Positions 55,248 to 64,000 of a stretch of DNA of 64,000 nt are shown one piece after another. Position numbers and translations under genes: made by a program. The notes below the pieces were generated by a model that saw nothing but the letters and a program-made list of their open reading frames with translations, was not told where the DNA came from and ran no database searches. The stretch is from contig JAYUPL010000007.1 in assembly GCA_043760135.1 (NCBI GenBank), forward strand, positions 106-64,105, read 5' to 3'. How positions within the stretch are numbered: the first letter of the stretch is position 1; each line of letters opens with the position of its first letter. The stretch is from Candidatus Parcubacteria bacterium (lineage in GTDB: Bacteria > Patescibacteriota > Minisyncoccia > Phycocordibacterales > CAIZLB01).

Positions 55248-56529
55248 GCTAAAAAATAAAACTGCAAACAAAAAAATACACAATATTAAAATTGGATATT
55301 TTTTGGCCTATAGGCAATTGAAACACGCCAGTATATGGACTACGTCTTTGATTGTGGTTGTGATGATGCTTACGTTTTTGAACTTGGTTGTGGTAAATGG
55401 TATTTTGGTTGGACTTATTCAAAGTTCCATCCAAGCATCAGAGGAGAGATATTCTGGAAATGTAATTATTTCAACGTTGCGACAAAAATCCATCATTGAA
55501 AATTCTGCAGAAATTCAGAAGGTATTGGAGAGCTTACCTAATGTAATTGATGTAGTTCCTAGGGTTTTGGCTGGAGGTACAGTTAAGGCAGACTACAACA
55601 GACTGCTTCGAGAAGAAGAAACTCCAAATCAAGCTCAGGCCACAATCTCAGGAATCGTTCCTTCAAGAGAAGATAAAGCAACAGGACTTTCAAAATATGT
55701 TGTGGATGGAGCGTATTTGGATGATGCAGACAAAGACGGAATATTGGTTGGTGCATTTCTTGTAAATGAATTAACCCCGATTGATGCAGTTGGATTTTCA
55801 CAACTTAGGGAAGTTAAAGTTGGTGATAGGATAAAAGTTACGGTTGGAAATAATAGTAAGGAAGTATATATTCGTGGATTTATGAAATCAAAAATAGATA
55901 ATATCGATGCACGAATTATTATGATTGAATCAGAGCTTCGAAAATTGATCGGAAGAAGTGATACAAATGTTTCTGAGATAGCTGTAAAATTAACAGCAGG
56001 ATCAACCGAGCTTGATGGAGTTCGTGTAAAAGAAATTCTTTCTGCTAACGGCTATGATTTTGATGCAAAAATTCAAACCGCTACAGAGGCTCAGCCTAAA
56101 TTCTTAAAAGATATGAAAAGTTTATTTGGATTACTTGGAACATTGATGGGTTCTATTGGTTTGGTTGTGGCTTCGATTACTGTGTTCATTGTTATTTTTG
56201 TAAACACCTTAACACGACGTAAATTTATCGGAATATTAAAAGGTATTGGTATATCATCAAAATCAATTGAGTATTCATATATTATGCAATCTGCATTTTA
56301 TGCTATTGTTGGTGCAGCTCTTGGTATGATCGTTCTCTATGGATTTTTAGTTCCATTCATTGATGCTCACCCGATTAACTTTCCATTTTCTGATGGAATA
56401 TTATACGCACCGCTTGGTGGAACTCTTTGGAGGGTGCTGGCATTATTTATTACGACAATAGTTGCTGGATATATTCCTGCCAGAATGATTGTTAAAAAAA
56501 ATACATTAGATTCAATATTGGGACGATAA
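55234..56529 (+). CDS. ABC transporter permease (MacB/LolE/FtsX-like)
   Basis: RRKFIGILKGIG, YIPAR; four TM helices. Confidence 0.9.
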   Translation: MERNKLKNKTANKKIHNIKIGYFLAYRQLKHASIWTTSLIVVVMMLTFLNLVVVNGILVGLIQSSIQASEERYSGNVIISTLRQKSIIENSAEIQKVLESLPNVIDVVPRVLAGGTVKADYNRLLREEETPNQAQATISGIVPSREDKATGLSKYVVDGAYLDDADKDGILVGAFLVNELTPIDAVGFSQLREVKVGDRIKVTVGNNSKEVYIRGFMKSKIDNIDARIIMIESELRKLIGRSDTNVSEIAVKLTAGSTELDGVRVKEILSANGYDFDAKIQTATEAQPKFLKDMKSLFGLLGTLMGSIGLVVASITVFIVIFVNTLTRRKFIGILKGIGISSKSIEYSYIMQSAFYAIVGAALGMIVLYGFLVPFIDAHPINFPFSDGILYAPLGGTLWRVLALFITTIVAGYIPARMIVKKNTLDSILGR

Positions 56530-56543
56530 ATTAAAATACATAT

Positions 56544-57215
56544 ATGCAAGATCCAATTATAAAAACAAAAAATCTTATACGATCATTTACCGATGGTGAT
56601 AAAGAGACCACCGTTTTAAAAAGTATTGATATGGAAATTCAGAGAGGGGAATTTGTAGCAATTATGGGTAGGTCTGGTGCCGGAAAATCAACTCTCCTCT
56701 ATCAAATATCTTTACTTGATACTCCAACTTCGGGTGAGATTGTAATCAATGGAGTTGATATTCACAATTTAACAGAGGATGAGAGAATTAATTTTCGTTT
56801 AAATAATCTTGGATATGTTTTTCAAGATTATGCCTTACTTCCTGATTTGACTGCTGTAGAGAATGTTTCTTTACCATTGTTAATGCAAGGGTACAATAGA
56901 GAACAAGCATATAACAGAGCTGTTGAGGTTTTGGATCAAGTAGGTCTTGACGGAAAATATAAAAACATACCAGCGAAACTTTCTGGTGGTCAGCAACAAA
57001 GAGTTTCGATTGCTCGAGCCTTAGCACACAGTCCAGCAATTATTTTTGCTGATGAGCCAACAGCAAACTTGGATATTGAGTCTTCACTTTTGGTTCTTAA
57101 AATTTTCAAAGAGATTCATGCTAAAGGTCAGACTATTGTTATGGTGACTCATGAGGCAGAGTATGCAAGAACTGCAGATAGGGTGATCGAGATGAAGGAT
57201 GGAATCATTGAATAG
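56544..57215 (+). CDS. ABC transporter ATP-binding protein (LolD-like)
   Basis: GRSGAGKST, LSGGQQQR, ADEPT. Confidence 0.95.
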   Translation: MQDPIIKTKNLIRSFTDGDKETTVLKSIDMEIQRGEFVAIMGRSGAGKSTLLYQISLLDTPTSGEIVINGVDIHNLTEDERINFRLNNLGYVFQDYALLPDLTAVENVSLPLLMQGYNREQAYNRAVEVLDQVGLDGKYKNIPAKLSGGQQQRVSIARALAHSPAIIFADEPTANLDIESSLLVLKIFKEIHAKGQTIVMVTHEAEYARTADRVIEMKDGIIE

Positions 57216-57333
57216 GAACCCTCAATAAAAAATATTCATTCAAGGAAAGAATGAATATTTTTATATTTCGGGTTCAGAAGACAAGACATAGGCAAAAAAA
57301 ACGAGGCGGCCCTGGGTGGGACCGCCTACTGTA

Positions 57334-57825
57334 TTACGAGTACTTTACGTGCAGGCAAAGCACCAAGTATGAATCTGACTGTGAACTGATAAATGTTCGA
57401 GATCTTACATGTAAATGCCAGTATTGTGGATATTCAGGATTTTGCTCCAGGCAGAGATAGTGATGATTGTCGATATCCTGTACCTGAAGTGATTTAGTGA
57501 GGGGTGTGTTGAAAGCGAACATTTTGTATCCACTGAATCGGCTGAAATCTATCAGACCTAAGTTGAGCCACCGAGACAGGATGTACATGTCCAAGATTGT
57601 GAGTTTAACAATGGAGCTGCAGATTCGATTTGCAGATATGGCCTCAATCTCATTGACGTTTGCTCGGGTTACATGAATCTTGCAACTCTGTGGTTTGCCG
57701 GCATAGTGCCAAGGATTTGGGTAAAAGTTGATGTTTTTCAGGACTGTTTTGAGGGTGACTTTCTTGTGCCGGAAATACCACCTCCTTTTTCCGACAATTT
57801 TTTTTGCTGGTGATGTATTTTTCAT
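57334..57825 (-). CDS. hypothetical protein (stand-alone cassette)
   Basis: TTGACA..TATACT promoter at about 57874-57847; GC hairpin terminator at about 57293-57327. Confidence 0.6.
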   Translation of the reverse strand: MKNTSPAKKIVGKRRWYFRHKKVTLKTVLKNINFYPNPWHYAGKPQSCKIHVTRANVNEIEAISANRICSSIVKLTILDMYILSRWLNLGLIDFSRFSGYKMFAFNTPLTKSLQVQDIDNHHYLCLEQNPEYPQYWHLHVRSRTFISSQSDSYLVLCLHVKYS

Positions 57826-57909
57826 GTGCGTGGGGTTACAATTAAACAGTATAATATATCTACTGACTTGTCAAAACTCACCTAGCAAAAAACCTAAAAA
57901 TAAGGTACT

Positions 57910-59691
57910 ATGGGCACAATGCAGATTAGAAACTTTAGTATTATAGCCCATATAGATCACGGTAAATCAACTCTTGCCGATCGAATGCTTGAGATTACTC
58001 AAACGGTTGAAAAGAGAAAAATGACCAATCAGGTTCTCGACGACATGGAGCTCGAAAAAGAAAAAGGTATCACTATCAAGATGCGTCCTGTTCGTATGGA
58101 ATATAAGGGGCATGTTTTAAACTTGATCGATACACCAGGTCATATTGATTTCTCATATGAGGTATCTCGTGCACTTAAGGCAGTGGAAGGTTGCTTACTT
58201 TTGGTTGATGCTACGCAAGGGGTTCAGGCTCAAACATTAACCACATTAAATGCTGCCAAAGAAGCTGGGTTGGTTATCATTCCAGTATTATCAAAATCAG
58301 ATTCACCACTTGCTCGCATTGCCGATATTAAAAAAGAAGTATCTATTCTTTTGAATTGTGATGAGAGTACTATACTTGAAAGTTCAGGAAAAACTGGGGC
58401 TGGTGTGAAAGAGTTACTTGATGCAATAATAGAAATTATTCCGCCATCAAAATCAGAATCAGAAACAAAAGATCCGAGAGGTTTGATTTTTGATTTTCAA
58501 TATTCAAACCATAAAGGGGTAATTGTGTTTATTCGTGTTATGGATGGAGAGATTAGAAAAGGAGATGAGTTGATCTTCTCTCAAGCGGACGAAAAGTTCT
58601 TCGTGCTCGAGGTTGGAATTTTCGCTCCGGAGGAGCGTCCAGTCGATGTATTAACTGCCGGGTGTATTGGGTATATTGTGACAGGTATAAAACGATCAGG
58701 TATTGCAACAGTAGGAGATACGATCACAAGTTTTAGAAGACCGTTGCCTGCCTTGCCTGGATACATGAAGCCTTCGCCTGTGGTATGGGCATCTATTTTC
58801 CCAGAAGATGCGGATGACTTCGAATCATTAAAACAATCTCTTGGAAAATTATCTTTATCTGATTCATCGTATTCATACGAAGAAGAATCATCAGGAACGA
58901 TGGGAAGAGGTTTTCGTTGTGGATTTTTGGGACTTTTGCACTTGGAAATTATTACTGAACGTTTGAAGAGAGAATATAATTTGTCACTTATCATCGCTAG
59001 TCCAAGCATAACGTACGAAGTAACTTTGAAGAATGGAGAAGTTAAAATGGTATATTCACCGTCACTGTTTCCAGAACACGGATTTTATACAAAGGTTCGC
59101 GAGCCGTGGATTGTAGTAAAAATTATTTCACCAGGAAAATATTCTGGAAATATCTATCAGCTCTTATATGATCATGAAGGTGATTTGATTGAAACGGAAA
59201 ACTTCGGTGATGATAGACTATCACTTACAATCCTTATGCCGTTACGTGAGCTTATGAGGAACTTTTTTGATGAATTGAAGAGTGTAACTTCAGGTTACGG
59301 TTCTTTGTCATATGAATTTTTTGAAATGAAAGATGCTGACGTGACGCGAATGGATATCTTGGTTGCAGAAGAAGTGATTGAGGCATTTACAAGAGTTGTT
59401 GCTCAAAGAAGGTTAGATGAAGAAGCTACAAAAGCTGTGGAAAAACTAGAAGGTGTATTACCAAAGCAAATGTTCACGACCAAGATTCAAGCGAAATCAA
59501 ACGGGAGAATAATTGCATCAAGAACTTTATCTGCTATGCGTAAAGACGTTACAGGATATTTATATGGTGGAGATATTACACGAAAGATGAAGCTTTTGGA
59601 TAAACAAAAGAAGGGAAAGAAGAAAATGGCGGAAAGGGGTAAGGTTTCTATTTCTCATGAAGTGTTTTTGAAGATGATGAAGAATGGGTAG
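57910..59691 (+). CDS. lepA: elongation factor 4
   Basis: AHIDHGKSTLADR, GFRCGFLGLLH, YGGDITRKMKLL. Confidence 0.97.
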   Translation: MGTMQIRNFSIIAHIDHGKSTLADRMLEITQTVEKRKMTNQVLDDMELEKEKGITIKMRPVRMEYKGHVLNLIDTPGHIDFSYEVSRALKAVEGCLLLVDATQGVQAQTLTTLNAAKEAGLVIIPVLSKSDSPLARIADIKKEVSILLNCDESTILESSGKTGAGVKELLDAIIEIIPPSKSESETKDPRGLIFDFQYSNHKGVIVFIRVMDGEIRKGDELIFSQADEKFFVLEVGIFAPEERPVDVLTAGCIGYIVTGIKRSGIATVGDTITSFRRPLPALPGYMKPSPVVWASIFPEDADDFESLKQSLGKLSLSDSSYSYEEESSGTMGRGFRCGFLGLLHLEIITERLKREYNLSLIIASPSITYEVTLKNGEVKMVYSPSLFPEHGFYTKVREPWIVVKIISPGKYSGNIYQLLYDHEGDLIETENFGDDRLSLTILMPLRELMRNFFDELKSVTSGYGSLSYEFFEMKDADVTRMDILVAEEVIEAFTRVVAQRRLDEEATKAVEKLEGVLPKQMFTTKIQAKSNGRIIASRTLSAMRKDVTGYLYGGDITRKMKLLDKQKKGKKKMAERGKVSISHEVFLKMMKNG

Positions 59692-59701
59692 ATATAACTT
59701 C

Positions 59702-59965
59702 CTATCTATACACCTCATCATGCGTGCCTATCTGTATCATCTCTACCAAAGTATACCCATCCTCCTCTCTAAATATTATACGTATATTGTAATTTACTCG
59801 AATTGATTTATACCCAACAAGCTTTCCTGTGAGGTTATGATTCATAAGTGAAATGTCAAAAGGATTTACTTCAAATTTTTCTATAGCTATATTTACTTTT
59901 CTTTGAAGTATAGAGTTGAGTTTTCTATATTGCTTTTCAAAGGTAGTATTAAAAATAATCCTCAT
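59702..59965 (-). CDS. RelE/YafQ-family toxin
   Basis: NHNLTGKL..SIRV..RIIF..IGTHDEVY. Confidence 0.88.
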   Translation of the reverse strand: MRIIFNTTFEKQYRKLNSILQRKVNIAIEKFEVNPFDISLMNHNLTGKLVGYKSIRVNYNIRIIFREEDGYTLVEMIQIGTHDEVYR

Positions 59966-59966
59966 A

Positions 59967-60254
59967 TTATTTTTTCTTCTTAAGGTAGGCTATGGCACTT
60001 TTGGCATCTTTGAACGTAGGAGATCGAGAAGTGTCCTTTGCGGCTTTTAGTATCTGATCTTCTTCTTTTTTGGAATAACTATAATACCAACTATCTGTAT
60101 CATCTATTACACTAAAAGGTATACCTTGTACCATATTCATCTTTTTAAGAAACATACGAAAAGCAGTAGGAAAATCAAGTCCTAGTTTATCCAAGAGCTT
60201 TTCACTGTCTTTTTTGAGTTTTGTGTCTATGCGTATTTGTATGTTTGTTGTCAT
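59967..60254 (-). CDS. RelB/DinJ-family antitoxin
   Basis: IQIRIDTKLK..LGLD..AFRMFL..GIPF; palindrome ATGCATATGCAT in promoter spacer. Confidence 0.9.
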   Translation of the reverse strand: MTTNIQIRIDTKLKKDSEKLLDKLGLDFPTAFRMFLKKMNMVQGIPFSVIDDTDSWYYSYSKKEEDQILKAAKDTSRSPTFKDAKSAIAYLKKKK

Positions 60255-60569
60255 AAATGTAGTGTAATGCATATGCATGTGTTTTGCAAATGTTTAATTT
60301 ACCCCCGGTATACGAAAGCAACCGGGGTATTTTTTAATTCTTTAAATTATTATTGACATGAGGGTATGTCAGGTATATAAATTAATAGTAAAAGAGCACT
60401 TTGTTGAAATGCAGAGCACAGCTTTTTGTATCTACATGTTTGGATATATAAAGCTGTGCTCAATCAGGAGCTCGTGCCAGTCATCTGTTTGCCTGTAAAA
60501 GGAGGTATATCGTGCGTCTAACACGGTGTATTAACTTAAATAGACGGTTTACCTTACTGCGCTCCGTTA

Positions 60570-60941
60570 ATGCGTACAAAAATTGCAATGTCCAGTTCAT
60601 CTATCCCTAATTCACCTAAAACCGATTTTTCAGTAATTCCAACTGATTTTGTCTTTCTCCGAAACCCTTCTCCTCGGCTGATCAAGGCTCTGGGTAAGAC
60701 GGAGGCAGATCTAGAGCCGGACGAATGGAACCGGGAAAATTTGAGATGGTTGAATCTTCCATCTGTACCTGAAGATGTCGAGATTTATTATGATGGTCTC
60801 GAAAGCACCTGTCTTTTGGAGGAACTTGAGGAAGAAGCGGTGGTCGAAGTAGCTACTGCGAACACTGTTCCGTTTGAGATTCCTAAGGTGTCTAAAAAAC
60901 AGACCCAGTTTAGACGCAAGGTGTGGAGAAAGTTCGCTTAG
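60570..60941 (+). CDS. hypothetical protein with long structured leader
   Basis: 123-aa ORF, start uncertain; terminator at about 60998-61036. Confidence 0.55.
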   Translation: MRTKIAMSSSSIPNSPKTDFSVIPTDFVFLRNPSPRLIKALGKTEADLEPDEWNRENLRWLNLPSVPEDVEIYYDGLESTCLLEELEEEAVVEVATANTVPFEIPKVSKKQTQFRRKVWRKFA

Positions 60942-61183
60942 AAGGGACAACACCTCACCTATGAGAAAAATGGTAACACTCTCATAGTATCAATACCAAA
61001 CACCTCGTACGCCTACACGTTCGGGGTTGTTTTTTTGTATTAAAATCAATAATTTACGCAATAATCATCGCAACGTACGCAAAGAGCATACTCACGATTA
61101 TCAGTACCACTACAATAGCCCATATGAATTGAAGTTTTTGACGATGCTTTGGATTTAGAAACATGATATAAATATAGCAGTAA

Positions 61184-61504
61184 ATGAGAGAATTTCAAGC
61201 CCAAAAAAAACAACAAGCTTCTTTTGATAGAGTTCTCAATTCTAAATGGTCTTTAGTTGTTCTTTTAATAATACTGATATTTTTAGTAAAAGGTAATATA
61301 CGAATCTTTAAAAACTATTTCCATGTGAAAGATAAGTATGAACAAGATTTAAAATCTTATGAAGAGTTAAAAAATCGAGAAGCTCAACTTAATAAAGATA
61401 TTGATAGACTTAAAACCGATCAAGGATTAGACTATGAAATCAGAAAAAAACTTGACGTTTCCACACCGGATGAGAAAGTGATAAAGATAATAGATAAAAA
61501 ATAA
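61184..61504 (+). CDS. septum formation initiator family (FtsB/DivIC-like)
   Basis: TM plus coiled coil plus IRKKL..PDEKVI. Confidence 0.75.
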   Translation: MREFQAQKKQQASFDRVLNSKWSLVVLLIILIFLVKGNIRIFKNYFHVKDKYEQDLKSYEELKNREAQLNKDIDRLKTDQGLDYEIRKKLDVSTPDEKVIKIIDKK

Positions 61505-61524
61505 ATACGTGATATAATTGACGA

Positions 61525-61788
61525 ATGGACACAACGACAACAATAGAACAAAAAAATAAAATCATTATTTACAGTACTGAAAACTGCAAATTTTGCCATA
61601 TGTTAAAGGATTATTTGACAGAGAAAGGTTTTAGCTATGAGAACGTAGATGTTGGTAAGGATGCTTCTCAGGCTGAGATCGCTAAGGAAAAAAGTGGTCA
61701 GCTGGGAGTGCCTGTAACCGATATAGATGGTCATATTATTGTCGGATATGATATAGAAGAAGTGGATAATTTACTAAATATAAAATAA
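61525..61788 (+). CDS. glutaredoxin (NrdH-like)
   Basis: CKFC, SGQLGVP. Confidence 0.9.
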   Translation: MDTTTTIEQKNKIIIYSTENCKFCHMLKDYLTEKGFSYENVDVGKDASQAEIAKEKSGQLGVPVTDIDGHIIVGYDIEEVDNLLNIK

Positions 61789-61803
61789 AATAATTAAAAT
61801 AAC

Positions 61804-62328
61804 ATGGAACAAACACAACAAAACAAAAAAGTAGTTTATATAATCGTATTACTAGCGTTGGCTTTATTTGGTTATATTGCTTATGCAGTTATTCAAAATA
61901 ATAAAAATAATAAAGATACAAATATGGCAACAACGACAAATCAAGAGGTTTTAGGAGAACTGAGAGTAGCTCAGGCAGAAGATATTATTGTTATCAATTA
62001 CTCCGGAAAGCTTGAGAATGGTACTGAATTTGATTCATCATATAAGAGAAATCAACCTTTTGTATTTCAACTTGGTATAGGTCAAGTTATCAAAGGGTGG
62101 GATGAAAGTCTTGTTGGGGTGAAAAAAGGTGATAAAAAAACACTTACTATTACACCTGATAAAGGATACGGTGCTGAGGATGTAAAAGGTCAAGATGGAA
62201 AAATTGTTATTCCTAAAAACTCAACTCTTATTTTTGATGTAGAAGTTGTTGAAGTGATCTCAAAAGCTGATGCAGAAAAAATGATGGCTGAGCAACAAGC
62301 TGCACAAGGTACAACTACAGCTCAATAG
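61804..62328 (+). CDS. FKBP-type peptidyl-prolyl isomerase (membrane-anchored)
   Basis: FDSSYKR, VIKGWDE, IPKNSTLIFDVE. Confidence 0.93.
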   Translation: MEQTQQNKKVVYIIVLLALALFGYIAYAVIQNNKNNKDTNMATTTNQEVLGELRVAQAEDIIVINYSGKLENGTEFDSSYKRNQPFVFQLGIGQVIKGWDESLVGVKKGDKKTLTITPDKGYGAEDVKGQDGKIVIPKNSTLIFDVEVVEVISKADAEKMMAEQQAAQGTTTAQ

Positions 62329-62352
62329 ATTTTAAACTGACACAGGTCAGTT

Positions 62353-62424
62353 GCCGCTATAGTTCAATGGATAGAACAGTCCCGTCCTAAGGGGTAGATG
62401 TAGGTTCGATTCCCGCTAGCGGCA
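62353..62424 (+). tRNA. tRNA-Arg(CCT)
   Basis: GCCGCTA/TAGCGGC acceptor stem, anticodon CCT. Confidence 0.93.
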
Positions 62425-62508
62425 CAGTAGAAAAATATGAGGTTGTTAGGGTTATGACACCTTAAAATACAAGGTTGCAAATTGGTCAAAATGACATATA
62501 ATTCAACT

Positions 62509-63189
62509 ATGACACCCGAATCAATGCCTCAAGAATTGTTACCCAAAGAAGTTTTTATGGATGCGTTAGATAAAGAATTGTCCACCTTAGTTCAATCTGG
62601 GAGAATTACCGAAGATCGGGCGGAAGAAAAAAGAAGTGCAGGAATGTTAATTGAGGAAAGCTTTTCCGATGACCCTAAACACGACGCACTTGTCTTTGCA
62701 TTGGCAGGTAATACTTCTGAAAGTGAAATGGTTGAAGTTTTTAATAGGAAAAAAAATAATGCAGAAGAGGAGGATGGTTTTGCAGATGAAGAATCATTGG
62801 CTAAAGATGTATTTTTCCACACTGTTAGAGATAAAGTGGGAAGCCTTTGTGATAAGGGTGAACTGTCTGGTGAATATGTGCAAAATTTGTTAGACCGCGC
62901 CGTTCTGATAGAAGGTCCTTTTGATGATGCCGATGACGCTAAGGAAAAAGCTTTTGGGTTTTTGAAGACGATCGAGCCTGTTGTTGAATTAATGCGCATT
63001 TTAAACAATACCGAAATGCAACTTTTATCCGCGGCTGGAGATATCAGTATTTCAATGGAAGAAGTAAGGTCTAATGCTAATATTGACGAAGAAAAGAAAG
63101 TTGGCATATTGAATAAGCTTTCAGGTGTTCTTGAGGGAATAAATGGTTATTCAGAAACAATAAAAGCTGTGCGAAACAATATTTTCTAA
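62509..63189 (+). CDS. acidic helical hypothetical protein
   Basis: long ORF; TATAAT just upstream of ATG 62509. Confidence 0.65.
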   Translation: MTPESMPQELLPKEVFMDALDKELSTLVQSGRITEDRAEEKRSAGMLIEESFSDDPKHDALVFALAGNTSESEMVEVFNRKKNNAEEEDGFADEESLAKDVFFHTVRDKVGSLCDKGELSGEYVQNLLDRAVLIEGPFDDADDAKEKAFGFLKTIEPVVELMRILNNTEMQLLSAAGDISISMEEVRSNANIDEEKKVGILNKLSGVLEGINGYSETIKAVRNNIF

Positions 63190-63376
63190 TGAAGAAAAGG
63201 TTAGGTAAAAATTTATGAAGCAAGCAAGTGGTTTATTTTTCCATCAATTTCATCCATATACTCCTTATCCATAAACAGGAAATTAAGAGCCTTTAAGGGC
63301 ACATTAGAAAAAGTCACCTAATTTAGGTGACTTTTTCTGTGCCAGCTAAGCAAGCCAACAGCTTGGCTTGCGGGCG

Positions 63377-63461
63377 GGAATCGAAAAGCTTTGCCTTATT
63401 TTCGAAGAACTGTGTTCTGAGAAAATGGTAAAGGTGTACTGACCTCGTAGAGGTCGATTTC
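63377..63461. repeat. dispersed structured repeat, copy 2
   Basis: homologous to 17235..17320 with compensatory stem changes. Confidence 0.75.
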
Positions 63462-63500
63462 TGTATATAAATTAAATCTTTAATATGCTACCATAATCCC

Positions 63501-64000
63501 ATGAAAGACCTCAACTACACCCTCATCGACACCGGAGACAAACGTAAACTTGAATCATACAACGGCTACATTATCGATCGACCAGATCCCCAAGCACTTT
63601 GGCCGAAGAAATTGACCAAAGAATGGGAGAAGGTTGATGCTATTTTTGTTGACGACAACAAGGTAGGAAAAAGAGATGAAAGAGGAATCTGGAAAACATA
63701 TAAAGATTTACCAGAAGATTTTTCTATAAACTTTTTTAAAGATTTAAAATGTGGTATTAAACTAAATCCATTTAAACATACTGGAATTTTCCCTGAGCAA
63801 TATGATAACTGGAAATTTATCGATGATGTTATTTCTAAATCAAAAAATAAAAATATAAAAGTTTTAAATCTTTTTGGATACACAGGTTGTGCATCTTTAG
63901 TTGCAGTCAACGCAGGTGCTGAAACGGTTCATGTGGATGCTTCAAAACCATCTATTGGTGTAGGTATGAAAAATGCTGAACTCTCAGGTCTTAAAGACAA
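63501..64000 (+). CDS. class I SAM-dependent (RlmI-like) methyltransferase, truncated by window end
   Basis: hand-translated: RPDPQALW, FKHTGIFPEQ, VLNLFGYTG, HVDAS. Confidence 0.88.
   Translation, partial: MKDLNYTLIDTGDKRKLESYNGYIIDRPDPQALWPKKLTKEWEKVDAIFVDDNKVGKRDERGIWKTYKDLPEDFSINFFKDLKCGIKLNPFKHTGIFPEQYDNWKFIDDVISKSKNKNIKVLNLFGYTGCASLVAVNAGAETVHVDASKPSIGVGMKNAELSGLKD

Noticed and set aside
63298-63343. Long perfect inverted repeat
   Set aside because: Adequately explained as a bidirectional intrinsic terminator.

Overview
AT-rich bacterial chromosome segment, genetic code 11. The 16S signatures, dispersed type IV pilins and CPR-type ATPase/adhesin point to Patescibacteria (Parcubacteria-like); this is an inference. 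It carries housekeeping genes (infB, rbfA, thrS, clpB, rpmG, rplY, rpmE, prfA, rpsB, tsf, gpmI, eno, dnaX, rnj, secG, typA, lepA), a stand-alone 16S rRNA with no anti-Shine-Dalgarno tail, seven tRNAs and a DinJ-YafQ-type toxin-antitoxin pair. Main discovery: seven dispersed putative ribonuclease genes (two PemK/MazF, one NYN, three paralogous RelE/BECR-like genes and one unrelated BECR-like gene) have no protein antitoxin but share one architecture. (1) Upstream lie 3-5 direct repeats (W-W-C-T-T-T-A-like) in exact 11-bp phase, the last core base 17 bp before a -10 box, with a leaderless start 6 nt after the -10 (9 nt for NYN). (2) Downstream, a convergent sigma70 promoter would drive a structured small RNA overlapping the gene's 3' end. 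For the three paralogs this RNA is a conserved, covarying fold with a possible kissing loop. This looks like a co-regulated RNase regulon with cis-encoded structured-RNA partners, probably antitoxins. Several other candidate ncRNAs and structured repeats are reported. All calls were made by eye, with no database searches.
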